Below, piece after piece: positions 37,901 through 50,494 of a stretch of 64,000 nt of DNA (positions are counted from its first letter, which is position 1; the number at the start of each line of letters is the position of its first letter). The translations under genes and the position numbers were made by a program. The notes under the pieces were generated by a model, which ran no database searches, was not told where the DNA came from, and worked only from the letters and a program-made list of their open reading frames with translations. The stretch lies in NCBI GenBank assembly GCA_051362555.1, contig CM120641.1, positions 33,734,401-33,798,400 of the forward strand. The letters run 5' to 3'. The stretch comes from Lingula anatina (lineage: Eukaryota; Animalia; Brachiopoda).

Positions 37901-40900
37901 TTACACCTGAGCTAGAATTTACTTGCAAAATAAAATTACTCTTATCACTACACCAAATCGAAAATTAAGCCACTAACTTCCAAATACACTTCATACAGGT
38001 AATTGATTTAATTGGCCCAGCTCAGCTGTGTACAGTACAAATATAGCCTTGACACTAATTGGGAATAATGCTAACCAGGTATAAAAGAGGTAGGTGACAG
38101 CCGATAAAATCTAGAGAGCACCGTAACTGATAACAAATTACACCCAAGGCAATAGGTGAGTCTTCATTATAAAAGTCGAAACCCTGCCTTGGTATTTCCA
38201 CACGTTTTAACAAATTAACACACTCTCCATCCACACTTTTTGGGCACTACTTTAAATATATACGTGCGCCCCAAACGTAAACACCTAGGTCTTTGGTGTT
38301 CTACTGTTTTTTCTTTTATGGTAAATCTGCACAGTTGGCTCTTCATTCTTTGCTACAAAATAAATTAGTTTTATCCTTTACTTTTCCGAAGAGTCTTGAT
38401 TCAAAGCCACCTCGCCGTCTCTCCTCCGTTTATGGTTTTAGTTCCTTCACCATGGATTTTTACCACTGCAGGCAGTCTGTGAACGCTTGTAAAGTAAGTT
38501 ACCTTCTCTCGATCAAATACCCTGCAGTAATTCATCATTTTGCTCGGTTAAATATGAAAAAAATACAGAAAACGAAAACTGAACTACAGACATGGCATGT
38601 TCATGCGCAGCAGACGATTCCGGTCTCCCTCCAGTATGGCTGCCGTTTGTTTTGATGACGCAGGCTCTAATGGGTCAATAGTTATTTTAAACTTATTTAG
38701 TCTTCCTTTTACATATATATGTTTTAATTCATATTAAACCTTTGAAAAAAGAATACACATGAATCCTGGTGCTGTCTTAATTTAAAGTCTTAAGGTTTTA
38801 AGTTCACCTAGGCTCCACCAATTACTCTACCTGTTATCTCACTACACATCTCCCTTTGGGTCAAGGTGTGTTAGACACACCTTATTGTGTAAGACACCTC
38901 TATAATTAAGGGTACTTGCTTCTCTACTTTAATTATACTTCACTACTTTGGCATGTTAGGTGGCAAGCTTGGATGTTTCAGTTCATTTTAAGAAAGAAGC
39001 TTTGCCTTGGTGGTTACAAAAGAATAGAACTCTATTAAGGTTTATTCATTACTTGAAAGTAAATATTTCATCTTGCAGTGTTGAAACAGAAATTCTCTCA
39101 AAATTGATAATGAATTTTACATGCTTATCTTAACACTGCTCAAGTTTTTTTCCCCTTCTATTATAGATATGGGAGAGGGCTGCATTGAATGTATGAATTA
39201 TGGTCAGGCTGGAAAAAATTAAAAAATGTCAATGAAAAAAGGAGGTCAGCGTGTCTGGGGTAAGTTACTTTTCTCATAATGCCTACGATGCATTAAACAT
39301 TCACTAACAACAGTACAATTTTTTTTAATTTTTTTCAAAATACAACAACCTTGGGCATTTTCCTTTTAGCAACTGGCCTCTCTGAAATCCCCTTTTTGTC
39401 CTGTCAGAAGAGTAGGAACCAGGGCGGATTTAAATAATTTCTTGTAATAAGTACAATTTCTTTCAATTTCTTGGAGTTATTAGCTTGTGATCATGAATCT
39501 TGATATTCTATATAAATTTAGTTGTAAACTGTTCATTTATGTGGTGAACATTATTTCAGTCAAGTCATAACAAGATACATTAAACTTCACTGCGTAATTC
39601 CATAATGTCTACATGGATACTAGTAGTTCATAATGCTATTATGATGTTTGTTTTTTTCTAACCTACAGGTTTCTCTTTTTTCTGAGTGGCATGGCATTGG
39701 CAGGCAGAAGAAAAGGTCCTGAAGAAATTCTCACTTGAGTTGTCCTTTTTGGAGAAGAAACTGGATAAGACTGGCCAACAGAGATTGCATTAAATTAATA
39801 GTGCTCCTTCATGACATTTTAAAATATTTTCAGTCACCTAACTGATTCTATACATTTCAAAAGTTGACATAAATTTTATGTTACTGTCACGTGGAAAAAA
39901 ATTCAAAACCTATATATAATTTGTTGAGTGCCATGGTATAACAGTCTACTTGATTGCAAGTAAAATTTGGACTGTTTCAGTGAAATTTCTTTAAAGCAGT
40001 TAATTTTTTCAGCTGTAACATGTACTCCAGTTCATTTTATAAATGTTCTTACTAAGTGTTGTCTTTACTTATAATTACCTTTTGAAAATCCCATGTTTTT
40101 TATCCTATTTGTAAGAATTAGCCACTTTAACTTCTAGGTTTTTTTTTTCATCCAGCCCATTAGATTCTCAGACCTTGCTGGCCTGTGAGTGGAATAGTAT
40201 CTGGCACAGACTGGTATTAGCAAGTCAGATAAAAAAAGAATATAATTATTTCTATTTGCACGGTTGAAAAAAATGCCAACATAGACTGCATAAAACTGGA
40301 AAACTATAGCAACTTAATCATTCTTATGACTTCATTAATTACTGCTTATGTGTAAAATTTTGTTTTTGTTCTTCTATTGATATAATAAAATGGTTTTACT
40401 CACAGATGCTACTATCATGATGCTTGAGTATAGAGTTGACTTAAATGATATTTTAAGTTAATATAGTAAATAATAGTTTGAAATTAAAAATTCTCATCTT
40501 TATTTGTTTCACTTTAAAAAGCTCAATTAATACTAAAATTTCTGATATATTTTGTACATAAATATATTTATGAATGAATATTCTTAATGTTTAGCACTGT
40601 GTACTTGTTTACCGACAAATATGAAGTGTTAGTATGTGTCAAAATAATCCTAAAAAAAAGGGAGATTTCCAAGATAAAGAAATTTATAACGAGTATTTAG
40701 TAAATTGACATGTCGTGGCATTGCTTCAACCTTTGATTAAAATTTCACTTCAATGCATTAGGATATTAAAATTATACCGAGTGAGAGAAAAAAATACTTA
40801 AAGAAATTTAAAACCATGCAGTCACAAAGCTTAGGCACTGTCTCAATGTATATGTTTATGGGACCCAAGGGCAGGAGGGTCCAAACGTTTATGTATTAAT

Positions 40901-41344
40901 ATTATGTTCTTTGGCAGTGAGGACAGACGTTCACTTGAATGTCATTTTCACAAACCACAGTTGGGACGTTTTCTTTTGACTTATCCTTGGTGATTTTTCA
41001 CTGTGTTGTGCAAAAGAAAAGCCATCTATCACCGACTCAAAAAAACTCATGGCGACCATCCTCAGTCACCACCTTAAAATCGCTTTCTATGATATCGTTC
41101 CCTCCCAGCCAATCGTCCAAATAACTACCTGTGAAAAAAATCGTCAGCATACAGCGCTGCTTTGACACTACTGATTTCGAATTCTAAGGCGAAATAACGC
41201 ATATAAAATCAATCTCCGGGCGGAGGAGAGCGACCCAGACGAAACCTTGAGACAGGAGGCCCCCCGTAGCTAGCTCCGCCCACCGTAACAGACATCGGAC
41301 AATAGAGAGGCTTGCGTGTAATCTCCTTCTGTTATAACTCCTTG
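34929..41344. mobile_element. P-superfamily-like non-autonomous DNA transposon, 6.4 kb
   Basis: Perfect 31-bp TIR CAAGGAGTTATAACAGAAGGAGATTACACGC (34929-34959 / 41314-41344) flanked by the 7-bp direct repeat ATTAAAG. CANRG termini with a 7-8-bp TSD fit the P superfamily. No intact transposase ORF. Confidence 0.75.
34962..34996 (+). promoter_or_regulatory. GC box and inverted CCAAT box just inside the left TIR (promoter-like)
   Basis: GGGGCGGAGC followed by CTCATTGG, upstream of a strong donor CAG|GTAAGT at 35201. Confidence 0.35.
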
Positions 41345-42270
41345 ATTAAAGGGGGCGAATTAAAGCGACACTCCATGGCTTTGATTAATGCCAAATGCTT
41401 ATTTTTGACATTTTTAAAAGTGATGAAACCCCTTACAAACTTATTTATGAAGCATATATACCTGATGTTGATATTTCCATTGGAGTCTATTGTGGGAAGT
41501 TAAATAATGACTCACCAGTCATTTTAGGCTGGAATAACCCTTAGTGAATTAAATTAAAGGTTGAATCCAAATGCAGAGAGGGATAGATTTTTGAGTACAA
41601 GAAAAGTGCTATTTTTCCCAGGAAAATTATTTTGTTGTTAAATCCCATGGGTGTCTCTTAACAGACATTACAGACAACTTTAAAGTTATAAAAGTTCTTG
41701 ATGAAGTCAAATAGCTAGGCTGGTACATGGCCTACCATACATTAAATAAAACTATCTTTGATTAATTCAGTGTTATATCTGCATCAATTTTAGATTGATT
41801 ATTGTACAAATTTTGACTAAATCAAATTTTCAGGCTCTTTTCCCAGGTATGGGAATTTAATTCATTTATGCCACTGAAAATAGAGCAGGGATTCTACGAA
41901 CAAAACAAAGGTTGCATAAAAGATTAGGAATTATTTAGGGCATACCATCATTGTTTTCCTGTGCCCACTTGAAATGGTTTTATCAACTGTTTAAAATTAA
42001 AAACCTGCCAATTAACCTTTTGTTTCCTGTTATCTGCCACTTTCCCTCAGGATGTATATACATGCGTTAAGATTTTTCCCTTGACCGGGTAGCAAGCAGG
42101 CATTTTGCACAGAACCAGTGCAATGGTGAGGGAAAGGATATGTTGATTTTAACCAAAGATGATGTCCCTGGGGGTGAAACTGCCAACACCAAATGTTAAG
42201 GAACATACTAACAGTGTTTTGGAACTGGTTCACATGACGTGGACTAGGGTTAGCAGGAAAAGGTAAGAAC

Positions 42271-43722
42271 TTTTTTTTTATTCACGAAAATTAATTAATA
42301 CAACACAAATTATTACAACACAATAAGAGACAACTACACCTTCCACACGTCACTCACACACTACAAGTGAAGTTCTTACATATGTTGATTATAAATACAT
42401 GTATAATTTTTTTTAATAACAGAATCTTAGTATATAGGCCTAGGCTATGTACAACAAATGTTCTTTTGTATTCATATCAATATTTTTTCTATACTGTCCC
42501 ATTTTTTTCTTAGATTATCTGCCTTTTGAGGACCCAGTTGGTAGAAAGATTGAAAATCTATTTTCTTTTGCTTTTCCAAATACTTTTTGCAGGCATTCCA
42601 AAGAAGTGTGATTTTATTCTGTCTACATAGAGTGAAATATTTTTTTATATGGAGAAGCAGTAGATTAATACCTAAAAGAGGGCTGTCGTCCAGGATTCCA
42701 AATATAAACAGGCACGGTTGTTGTTGTAATGCAACAGAGTACTGTGTACGTAGGTTCTGAATGAGACATATGTCCAAATAGCTTGAACATATGTACAGTC
42801 CCAGAAAATATGCAATAAAGTTTCTTGGGTCATTACAGAAAGTGCATCGCTCATGTTCTAACATATTGTATTTAAAAAGCATTGAATTCATAAAATAGAT
42901 TCTATGCAAAATTCTAAATTGCAATGTGAGAAGTTTATGATCATTTGTTTCTTGAAAGGGCAATGCATGAACTAGCTTACACTTTTAACTTAGAAAATCA
43001 ATGTTCAGCTTTTCCCTCCACTTATCATGGATGTTAAAAGGTATTGCTTTCTTATCCGAAATAAATTTCGTGTAAAAAAAGTTTCGTTAATTTGTTTTTC
43101 GATTTTAATAGTACTAGATTTTTATTTGTTATTGCTGCAAGATACTTTTGATACCTTCTTATAACAGTTTTCCAGGCAGAATGTAAAGCGCTGATGACGC
43201 CTTGATAGTCAAGGAAATTACAATCTATATTATATTCATCACAAAAAACGTCTAGACTTTTTACTGAGCCAGTATTATCAATCAGGTCTTTAACGTAAAG
43301 CACTCCTTTTTGAAACCAAGGTTTATGGAAGATTATCTTTTTATTGATTTAATATGATCATTTCCCCATAAAGGTTGTGCTAGGATATCATCCGGAGAAG
43401 TAGTAGAAAATTCTTGTACAGAAGCCCATATTCCCAAAAGCTCTTTCCAGAAAGTATTTAGTATATTAATATTGCGTATAGACTGTAGGCCCTTCAATGG
43501 AAGTAGCAATACGTCATTTCCCCCGATTTCCGCAAATTCATTCATCAAAAGAGTTTTCCACGAAGAACAATTATGTGGATTTACCAATTTCTTTAGCCAC
43601 ATCAATTTAAGAGCTTTACAGAAGGATTTCACCTCGGGGACCTTTATTCACCGTTTTCATAAGAATTAATCATAACATTTCTCTTAACTTTATCTATTTT
43701 ACTGTTCCAAATAAAGCGATAA
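42271..43722 (-). mobile_element. 5'-truncated, frameshifted LINE (L1/Tx1-like ORF2 C-terminus)
   Basis: Minus-strand ORF pieces KSFCKALKLMWLKKL, LAQPLWGNDHIK, LYVKDL, LQFRILHRI...CTFCND/ETLLHIFWDC (RT-associated zinc-binding motif split by a frameshift). AATAAAAAAAAA tail at 42271. Possible diverged TSD AAAAGGTAAGAAC / AAAAGGTAAAAAT. Confidence 0.85.
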
Positions 43723-46700
43723 AAAAGGTAAAAATTCATAGAAAGGTACTGTGTGCACCTGAACTAGCCAAGTTAATGTTAATCTTATGTTAGGGTTAGG
43801 AAAACATTATTAGCTTAGTTAGTAATTTTCCAAACTATATTAATTGTTTGAAATACAGATAAATCAAAGTAACAGCAATATTAAAATTTGATTACATTGA
43901 AAACCAAACACATACAGTGCGTTTTAGGTTGGGGAGCATATTGCCAAAGTAGGTAATACATGAAATATCGTTATATAGCACCATATATGCTTGTGTCGTG
44001 GTTTACGGTGTTGTATCATTGCTGAATAAGTTAATACCTGATAATGTTTCCAAGGCTGCCCAGTGCATGTCAACTAGCTGAATGACTTCTTAGAATGCTC
44101 CCTCGTGTGAAAGTTATTGTCGTTATCATTAATGATTATTATTATTTCAAGCACATTTTGAAGTGCCTATGCTTAACCAGGGAGAGTCAAATTTTAAGCT
44201 GAAGTATATAAGATTTAATTATCACTTGCACAGTTGTTAGATCATTTATATTTGATTTTCCATTATCATGATCATGATATGAAGTCTGTCTTTTCTCTCA
44301 TCCTTAAAGGAATATGTCATGTAACAAGGGAAGTGCCCTTTATTAATTTTTCTCTATACTTTCAGATGCAAGACTGTACAAATGGATGTGAGCGTAGAAC
44401 AGGGGAACAAAATGTAAATCTATCACAGCAAGAGAACTCTGGAATTTTGAAACTATGACAATATTTACTAGTGGTTGGTCGAGTCCTCACCAAGGGCTGA
44501 TGCGGCATAGATCAAAGTATTTACACATTGGATACCTAACGGGGCAGGTTTATTACAAGACTTCTCCATCGTGTTCGGCAAAGGAGTTGCCTTTGCACTT
44601 GTGTGTCATCCAAAGTACACAGTTAGGCCTTATTAATGGATGAGACAGTTACTTAACACCATCCTTGGATTTATTAGCTGCAACACCCATATTAACAACC
44701 CCCAACAATAAATTAACTAGATCAACGTATAAGTACATACCACTACTTTATTGGCACCAACCTTGTTGACATTTCTGAAAGATTGATTTATTCTGGTATT
44801 GATTGAGTACATTATGTAGTTTACTGACCGGTGAATGACAGATAGAAATACATTTTGTGATTTTTTACTATTTAATACAGTTATTATCTCTTCGTCAGTC
44901 AGTGTCTGAATGGTATTTGCATTCAGGAACTGTAGATCTGTATCACCATTGCTGTTACATCTGTGGATGTGTCCAAAAAAAATGCTTCATGTTTGATAAT
45001 AACTGGTTTAAAATAGTTTTTGTTAATCTTGATGCAATATTTTGTGATGATGAACTGGATAATCATCACTGAGTTTTAAATATCTACTGTTATATGGACA
45101 TCCTACTACTTATGGAGTCATGCTCAAACACAAATTTATGTCCCACATAGAAAATGCCAATGGGTGAGAAATGAACAATCCAGTAGCAGCATTACTCCCA
45201 GAAAAATAATCGAGATAATTCAGATAAAAAAATTATTATTATTATTAGTTTCAACTCAAGCTGTATTTTGAGCCTATGTGTCTCTTAAGTGATATGAGTA
45301 TAATAAATCAAATGGTTTCCTAAAATGGGTACTATGGCTGCAGCGTTTTTTCCCAAATTTGATGCAACATTACATAATGCTTAACAGCATAATCACCACC
45401 AACTAATTATGCACTGTAGGTAGCACAGATATTCAGAAAATGTGTCAGGGCCCCATCATTTCAATGTGGTTGTCCTAGCAGCTCTTGGTCTCTTTGGTTG
45501 GTTGGGTTTCCCTTTGATGCAGATGGCATAACATGCAAACCAGTGACGGAGGAAACCATATTGCATTGCATCTTTGCCGTTTTCATGAATTTTGATAGGT
45601 GCCTTGTTCTCTGTTCTTGGGACTGATACACAATACTGAGAATGAAAATAAACATATACATATTTTCTTAGTAATAATATACTTTTGTAAAACTGAATGA
45701 AAGTTTTCAGTCTTCCAGTAGAATTGGAATGAGAATAAGGTATAAGTGTAATACTAAATGTAAGGTTCAGAATTAAATATTTATGTAATTCTCAAAATAC
45801 TTTCAGGTTTAGATACTTAACTGACTGACACTAACTCACTACAAACAACCTAAGATTTATCAAGAGATGCTTCTAATGCCAGGTTAAATTTATCAATACT
45901 TAGCACATTGATTGCACTTAAATGCCTGGACACTTAACTGACTGAGACTAACTAGTTAAATTACACACAGTTGGTAGATACAGGTAGCTAACCTGAAGTA
46001 TGCAGAGAAACTTCTGTCCAGGTAAAAGCCATGGTGTTTCAATCCTATACAGATAACCCTGAAAAAATTGAGATTATTAACCATGTTAAGTCTATAAGCA
46101 CAAGTCATTAACTTTCGCTTTATAAAGGAAATCTTCCTGAATAGATCTTCCATGAGTTAAATCTGGCTAAATCCACCAAATCACAAATTGTGATTTCCAT
46201 TTATATGTCTTAAAATTATGTTGACATTTTAATTTGTTTTATTTTTACAATTCCAACAAAGAAAAGGTTCTTTGTTTATTTTCAACCCAGTAATAAGGCC
46301 TACTGTTGATTAAAAAAAAACCCCGGTTCATTTACTAGAAAAGTTTAAGCAAAATTAATTAAAAAAGAAAAACAAAAACAGGTAAGCAATGATTAAGATA
46401 AACAAGATATTGATATAACAAATCCATTAAGTGTTTGTTTGGGGAATCCAACTTCATGGTGTTATACATACCAATAATGCAACTGGTACAAATTTGTGTT
46501 TCCCCCCCCTACATGCTGAAACATCAATATGTTAATTTGACTAGTAATTTAAAATTTGATACACGGAATGAGAAAAAGGTATAAAGTGACTGTGTTATAC
46601 TGGAACTTACATTTAGCAACTAACCGATGTTGCAGCGAGTCTTAGGTGCTAAGTTGAAACTGCAACCTCTGTTAATAACTAAATGAAAGATTCAGAATTA

Positions 46701-46908
46701 AATATTCATGTTATTCTCAAAATACTATATATTATTACTTATTAAAAATAAATAAATTATATGATAGGGAATATAATATATCAATAAATGCATAGTAAAT
46801 TAAACTTACTCCCAATACACTCAACAGCAAAACTTACCTATATTCCAATAATTTTACCCCTAAAAACACCATAGGAAGGGGGCCTGAAAATTGCGCTGTG
46901 AAAGTATA

Positions 46909-47167
46909 TGGAGCACGTGGGCTCCAAACACCAGCCTCGATTTGGAGTCCACCCCGAAACTGGCGACCTTGACCTAATTACAGCCTCCGACGATGTATCT
47001 CTAGAAAGTTCAGCAAATCACCTTTCTGGTGCAAATGTAAGATTATTTTTATGATCTAGAACCCAAATACGATCTCAAGGGGGTTTACTATGCTTAACAG
47101 GAGATCTATATTGGTCCATTTCGCTCCATTTCTATCCATTTCTATCCATTTCTACATTTTAAAGGAC
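46909..47167. repeat. Right copy of the ~258-bp inverted repeat (partner 34450-34707)
   Basis: Near-identical reverse complement of 34450-34707. Confidence 0.9.
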
Positions 47168-48073
47168 CGCTTAAAAGGGTATAATTAAGCAAGAGTGAAA
47201 GTGAAAATACCGTACATGTATTACACCAAATGTCAGAACTTAGGATAATTTTGAACGGAATTTATTAAATTTTTCAAGTTATCAGGTAAGATTGCAGATG
47301 ATCAGTCTTTTGGGTGTGCAGATGATCAATCTTTTGGGTGTGCAGATAATGTTAGTCGGTCATGATTTCAGGGATGTAAACTAAATTTAAAATCCTTCCT
47401 GCAGCTTTGACCTTACTACTGAAAAAATAGTATTTATGCTATATGTTGTGAGTGTAAATGCAAATGGGTGTTGCTGGAGTTATACTGATTATACTGATAA
47501 ATCAACGGCAATTTAGGTAACATACTGTACATGTATCTTAGTTTGTGAAACTTTTTCATTTTTAACACCTAATAAAATATAAGCACTAATTTTTATACAA
47601 ACGTGAAACTACTAGCTGTCATGAAGAAAAAGACACGTGAGTCTAAAACTTTTCAGAAACATGTTAAGAATAAGTTGTGTAAGCAGTAAGAATATAATAT
47701 TAGGAAACTTTTCAGGTCTGATAAGATACTAATAGGAATTAATTTAATAAATCTGTCAATTAATTGGCTAACAAAATTTGCTGAAATATCCATAGTTCTA
47801 CATGTTTGGAAGTTTTGAAGAGGTGATTTTTCTTATGAGAACAGGCAAAAATTAATGCGCTTGCAGATGTCATCTATAAATTGGAACAATTTGGCCTTAA
47901 ATGGAAAGAGGAAAGAGTCAAAATTGTGTTCAAAATTCATATCATGTGATTGTGCCAATGGTTTACCTCTTATATCATGTGAATAATATAATATCATGTG
48001 TATCTAAGTAGCTGGGGATTTACCTATCCCACCTCTTTTCAATTTTTTCAGTTATTATGAGAGAAACACTCCG

Positions 48074-48157
48074 ATGGTACTTAAAACTGGAGAATGCCTG
48101 GTTTTCTTGTTAATCATACATGTATTACCAGTACAGCATGTGCATTCTTATGAAATT
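48074..48157 (+). CDS. TNFR-CRD/TSP1 membrane receptor, coding exon 1 (signal peptide)
   Basis: MVLKTGECLVFLLIIHVLPVQHVHSYEI followed by a phase-0 donor GTAAGT; upstream acceptor TTTTTTCAG at ~48051. Join 48074-48157, 49018-49321, 50002-50175, 50495-52131 = 2199 nt, open throughout, ~732 aa. Confidence 0.7.
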
Positions 48158-48418
48158 GTAAGTATCTATAACACATTTGCATTGTTTAAAAGGTAATACA
48201 CGCCACTCAGTCTATTACACCTGTACAACTTGCCATTACTGCCAAAGGCAGTCACTTTAATATTCTGTGATGGGCTGTCATTCTAGAGCATGACATACTT
48301 CACAAGAAAATTTAGGTCAAGATGTAATTTCTTTTTAAATCATGAAAAGTTAATCTATTTTCTTGCTTATTTTGAAATTACCAGTAGTTTTTTGGTTCAA
48401 ACTGGAAAGAAAATATTA

Positions 48419-48952
48419 GGCTGCATTCACAACAGGTAATCCTTAGACTAACACCCCATTTCCATAGATTAGATCGACCTACTTTAGATCGACTTAACTC
48501 CCTGGGGGTTCACGCTAAATAGCTGTCAGCTGGGCGGACACGAAAGTTAATTACCCCCTTACAGCTTGTAGTAGGCGGGACGGACATTTAAGTCGGATTA
48601 TCTGAAAGTAATCCAGTGAGACTCCCCGCAGGGATAGATCGATCTAAAATCTATGGGAATAGAGCCTAACTAGTCTGTGGAAATATGGCCGACCTAGCTC
48701 ACTTGTAAGCAATGTTGCATAGTCTCCTCAGGTTCTCCCTGCCTACCACACATGCTATCCCTGCAGGGGCCTAGCAATTAAAGCTAAATCAAAACAGCTC
48801 CTAGGTTTAATTCCTAGGCTCCTGTATGGATGGTGCATGTGGAAATTAGGCTGGGAGACCATTAGGAGATTATGTGCATTACTTTAACTGGGGTTGGCCA
48901 TAATAGATCTGCAGAAAAGTTAGTTGGAAGATCATCTGTTGTGAATGTGACC
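48419..48952. mobile_element. Harbinger-like MITE in intron 1, with a nested GATCGATCTA-type MITE (~48455-48668) related to ~18168-18390
   Basis: Imperfect TIR GGCTGCATTCACAACAG / CTGTTGTGAATGTGACC after TTA. The internal element has inverted ends around ATAGATTAGATCGA / TCGATCTAAAATCTAT. Confidence 0.5.
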
Positions 48953-49017
48953 TTTGAGTGAATTAACCCAGTCAGTTGAAAACTGGAATGGGCAAAGCTT
49001 CTCTTTATTAGTTCCAG

Positions 49018-49321
49018 TTTGGGGAATCATGTGATAACAACACAAGATTAGTTGGCAGTTACAGAGCAATAAATTACTCACACTATGCCTACACCCTCGA
49101 AGGTCAGACACATGTTTGTGAGATGTGCTTCCCAGGTTACAGAGTCAAGAACCATTGCACAAATTCTTCTCGTCACCGTGGTTCAGATTGTAGGGTTTGC
49201 CCAGAAGGAACCTACAGTAACTGGACATGGGAGTGCCGGTGTAAAAATTGCACAGATAGGCCTTCAGAACAGCACATCCTTTATTCAAAGTGCACTTCAA
49301 CACAGGATGCAGTATGGATAA
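49018..49321 (+). CDS. TNFR-CRD/TSP1 membrane receptor, coding exon 2 (two TNFR-type cysteine-rich domains)
   Basis: Phase-0 acceptor (TTCTCTTTATTAGTTCCAG; alternative AG at 49011). Encodes CEMCFPGYRVKNHC...SDCRVCPEGTYS...CKNC...CTSTQDAV, the TNFR CRD signature, with five N-x-S/T sequons. Phase-1 donor A|GTAAGG. Confidence 0.8.
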
Positions 49322-50001
49322 GTAAGGATACCACACACACACGTACACATGCACACACAACCTACTTAATTAAGATCTATAGATCAACTCAAATCTACAG
49401 GGACTCTTGATGAATGCAATCAGCTAAACTAAATGACAAGTCTCCTCCATGCATTAAGTACATCACAGATATAATACTGTTGATCATAATATACAAATAC
49501 TTTTGAAACAAGAGGAAGTGTGTCATTCAGTTCAGCTGATTGCACCTAGCAAGAGTCCCCGCAGAGATAGGGTGATCACATTCACCAGTGGTGTCTATGG
49601 GAATGGGTCCTCAGTTGAAACAAAAACAAAAAATACCACTTTCTCAATTTAGGCCAAGTTCTGAATATCTCTGTCCAATTTCTGAAAGACTTACATATGC
49701 ATGGTAAAAATGAATAAGAAACAAGAATCTTTAAATTCTTGACTTTCAGGTTTTACATGCTAGAAATTATAGTATTATTTGCTTGGAGTATAAAGATGCT
49801 TTGGATCATCAGTACACTGAGAAACAATATAGTTAAGGTGTTATTGTTAATCCAGTTGTTGGCCACATTTGTACATCTGTAATGCAGTCCCTGAGGCATT
49901 TTTCTGCTGGTTGAAAATGCAGTGTCTGTAGAATATGGTGTGTGATGTTTGATATATATAGAGAGAGGTATGTATATATACTCTTGGCATTTCACTTACA
50001 G

Positions 50002-50175
50002 CTGTGATTGAGACCTGGGGACCTTGGAGCCAATGGAGCTTGTGTAGCGTAAGTTGTAGCAGTGGTGTAAAGACAAGACAAAGGAACTGCACCCAGCTGA
50101 GACATACAGGAAGTAGGAATAACTGCCAAGGAATTTCCACTGATATGTTGCCTTGTTATCGCCATGAATGTTCAG
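50002..50175 (+). CDS. TNFR-CRD/TSP1 membrane receptor, coding exon 3 (thrombospondin type-1 repeat)
   Basis: WGPWSQWSLCSVSCSSGVKTRQRNC...CQG...PCYRHEC has the WxxWxxW, CSxSC and RxRxC hallmarks. Symmetric phase 1-1 exon bounded by TTACAG and G|GTAGT. Confidence 0.9.
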
Positions 50176-50494
50176 GTAGTCTATTAGATAGATGTTTACA
50201 TATTTCTCAGTAAAACTCCGTCTTAATTGCATTCATGATCAAGCCATCATCAATTCAGCTGTGAACGATATTGTGAACAAAACTGCAATATTGACAACTA
50301 GCATTAAATTGTCAGTTGAGGAAAGTAACATGGTTATTTAATGAAAACTTTATAATGCACAATCAGTGAACCCAACCATGTTAAATCCATCCTTCTTACA
50401 TGTATGTAGTATTATATCCATTGTTTCAGCTAGCTGTACTTACAGTCACACTTGTCATCTACTATATAGTGTTTTTCATTACTTCTCATTCCAG

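Noticed and set aside
36110-38670. Similar inverted motifs GGCCATGCTGGAGGGA (~36160) and CTCCCTCCAGTATGGCTG (~38625) as ends of a nested element
   Set aside because: The similarity is short and no clean TIR or TSD could be defined.
45044-45073. C/D-box-like ATGATGA...CTGA as a snoRNA
   Set aside because: Only ~26 nt from box C to box D, too short for a snoRNA, and no guide complementarity was identified.
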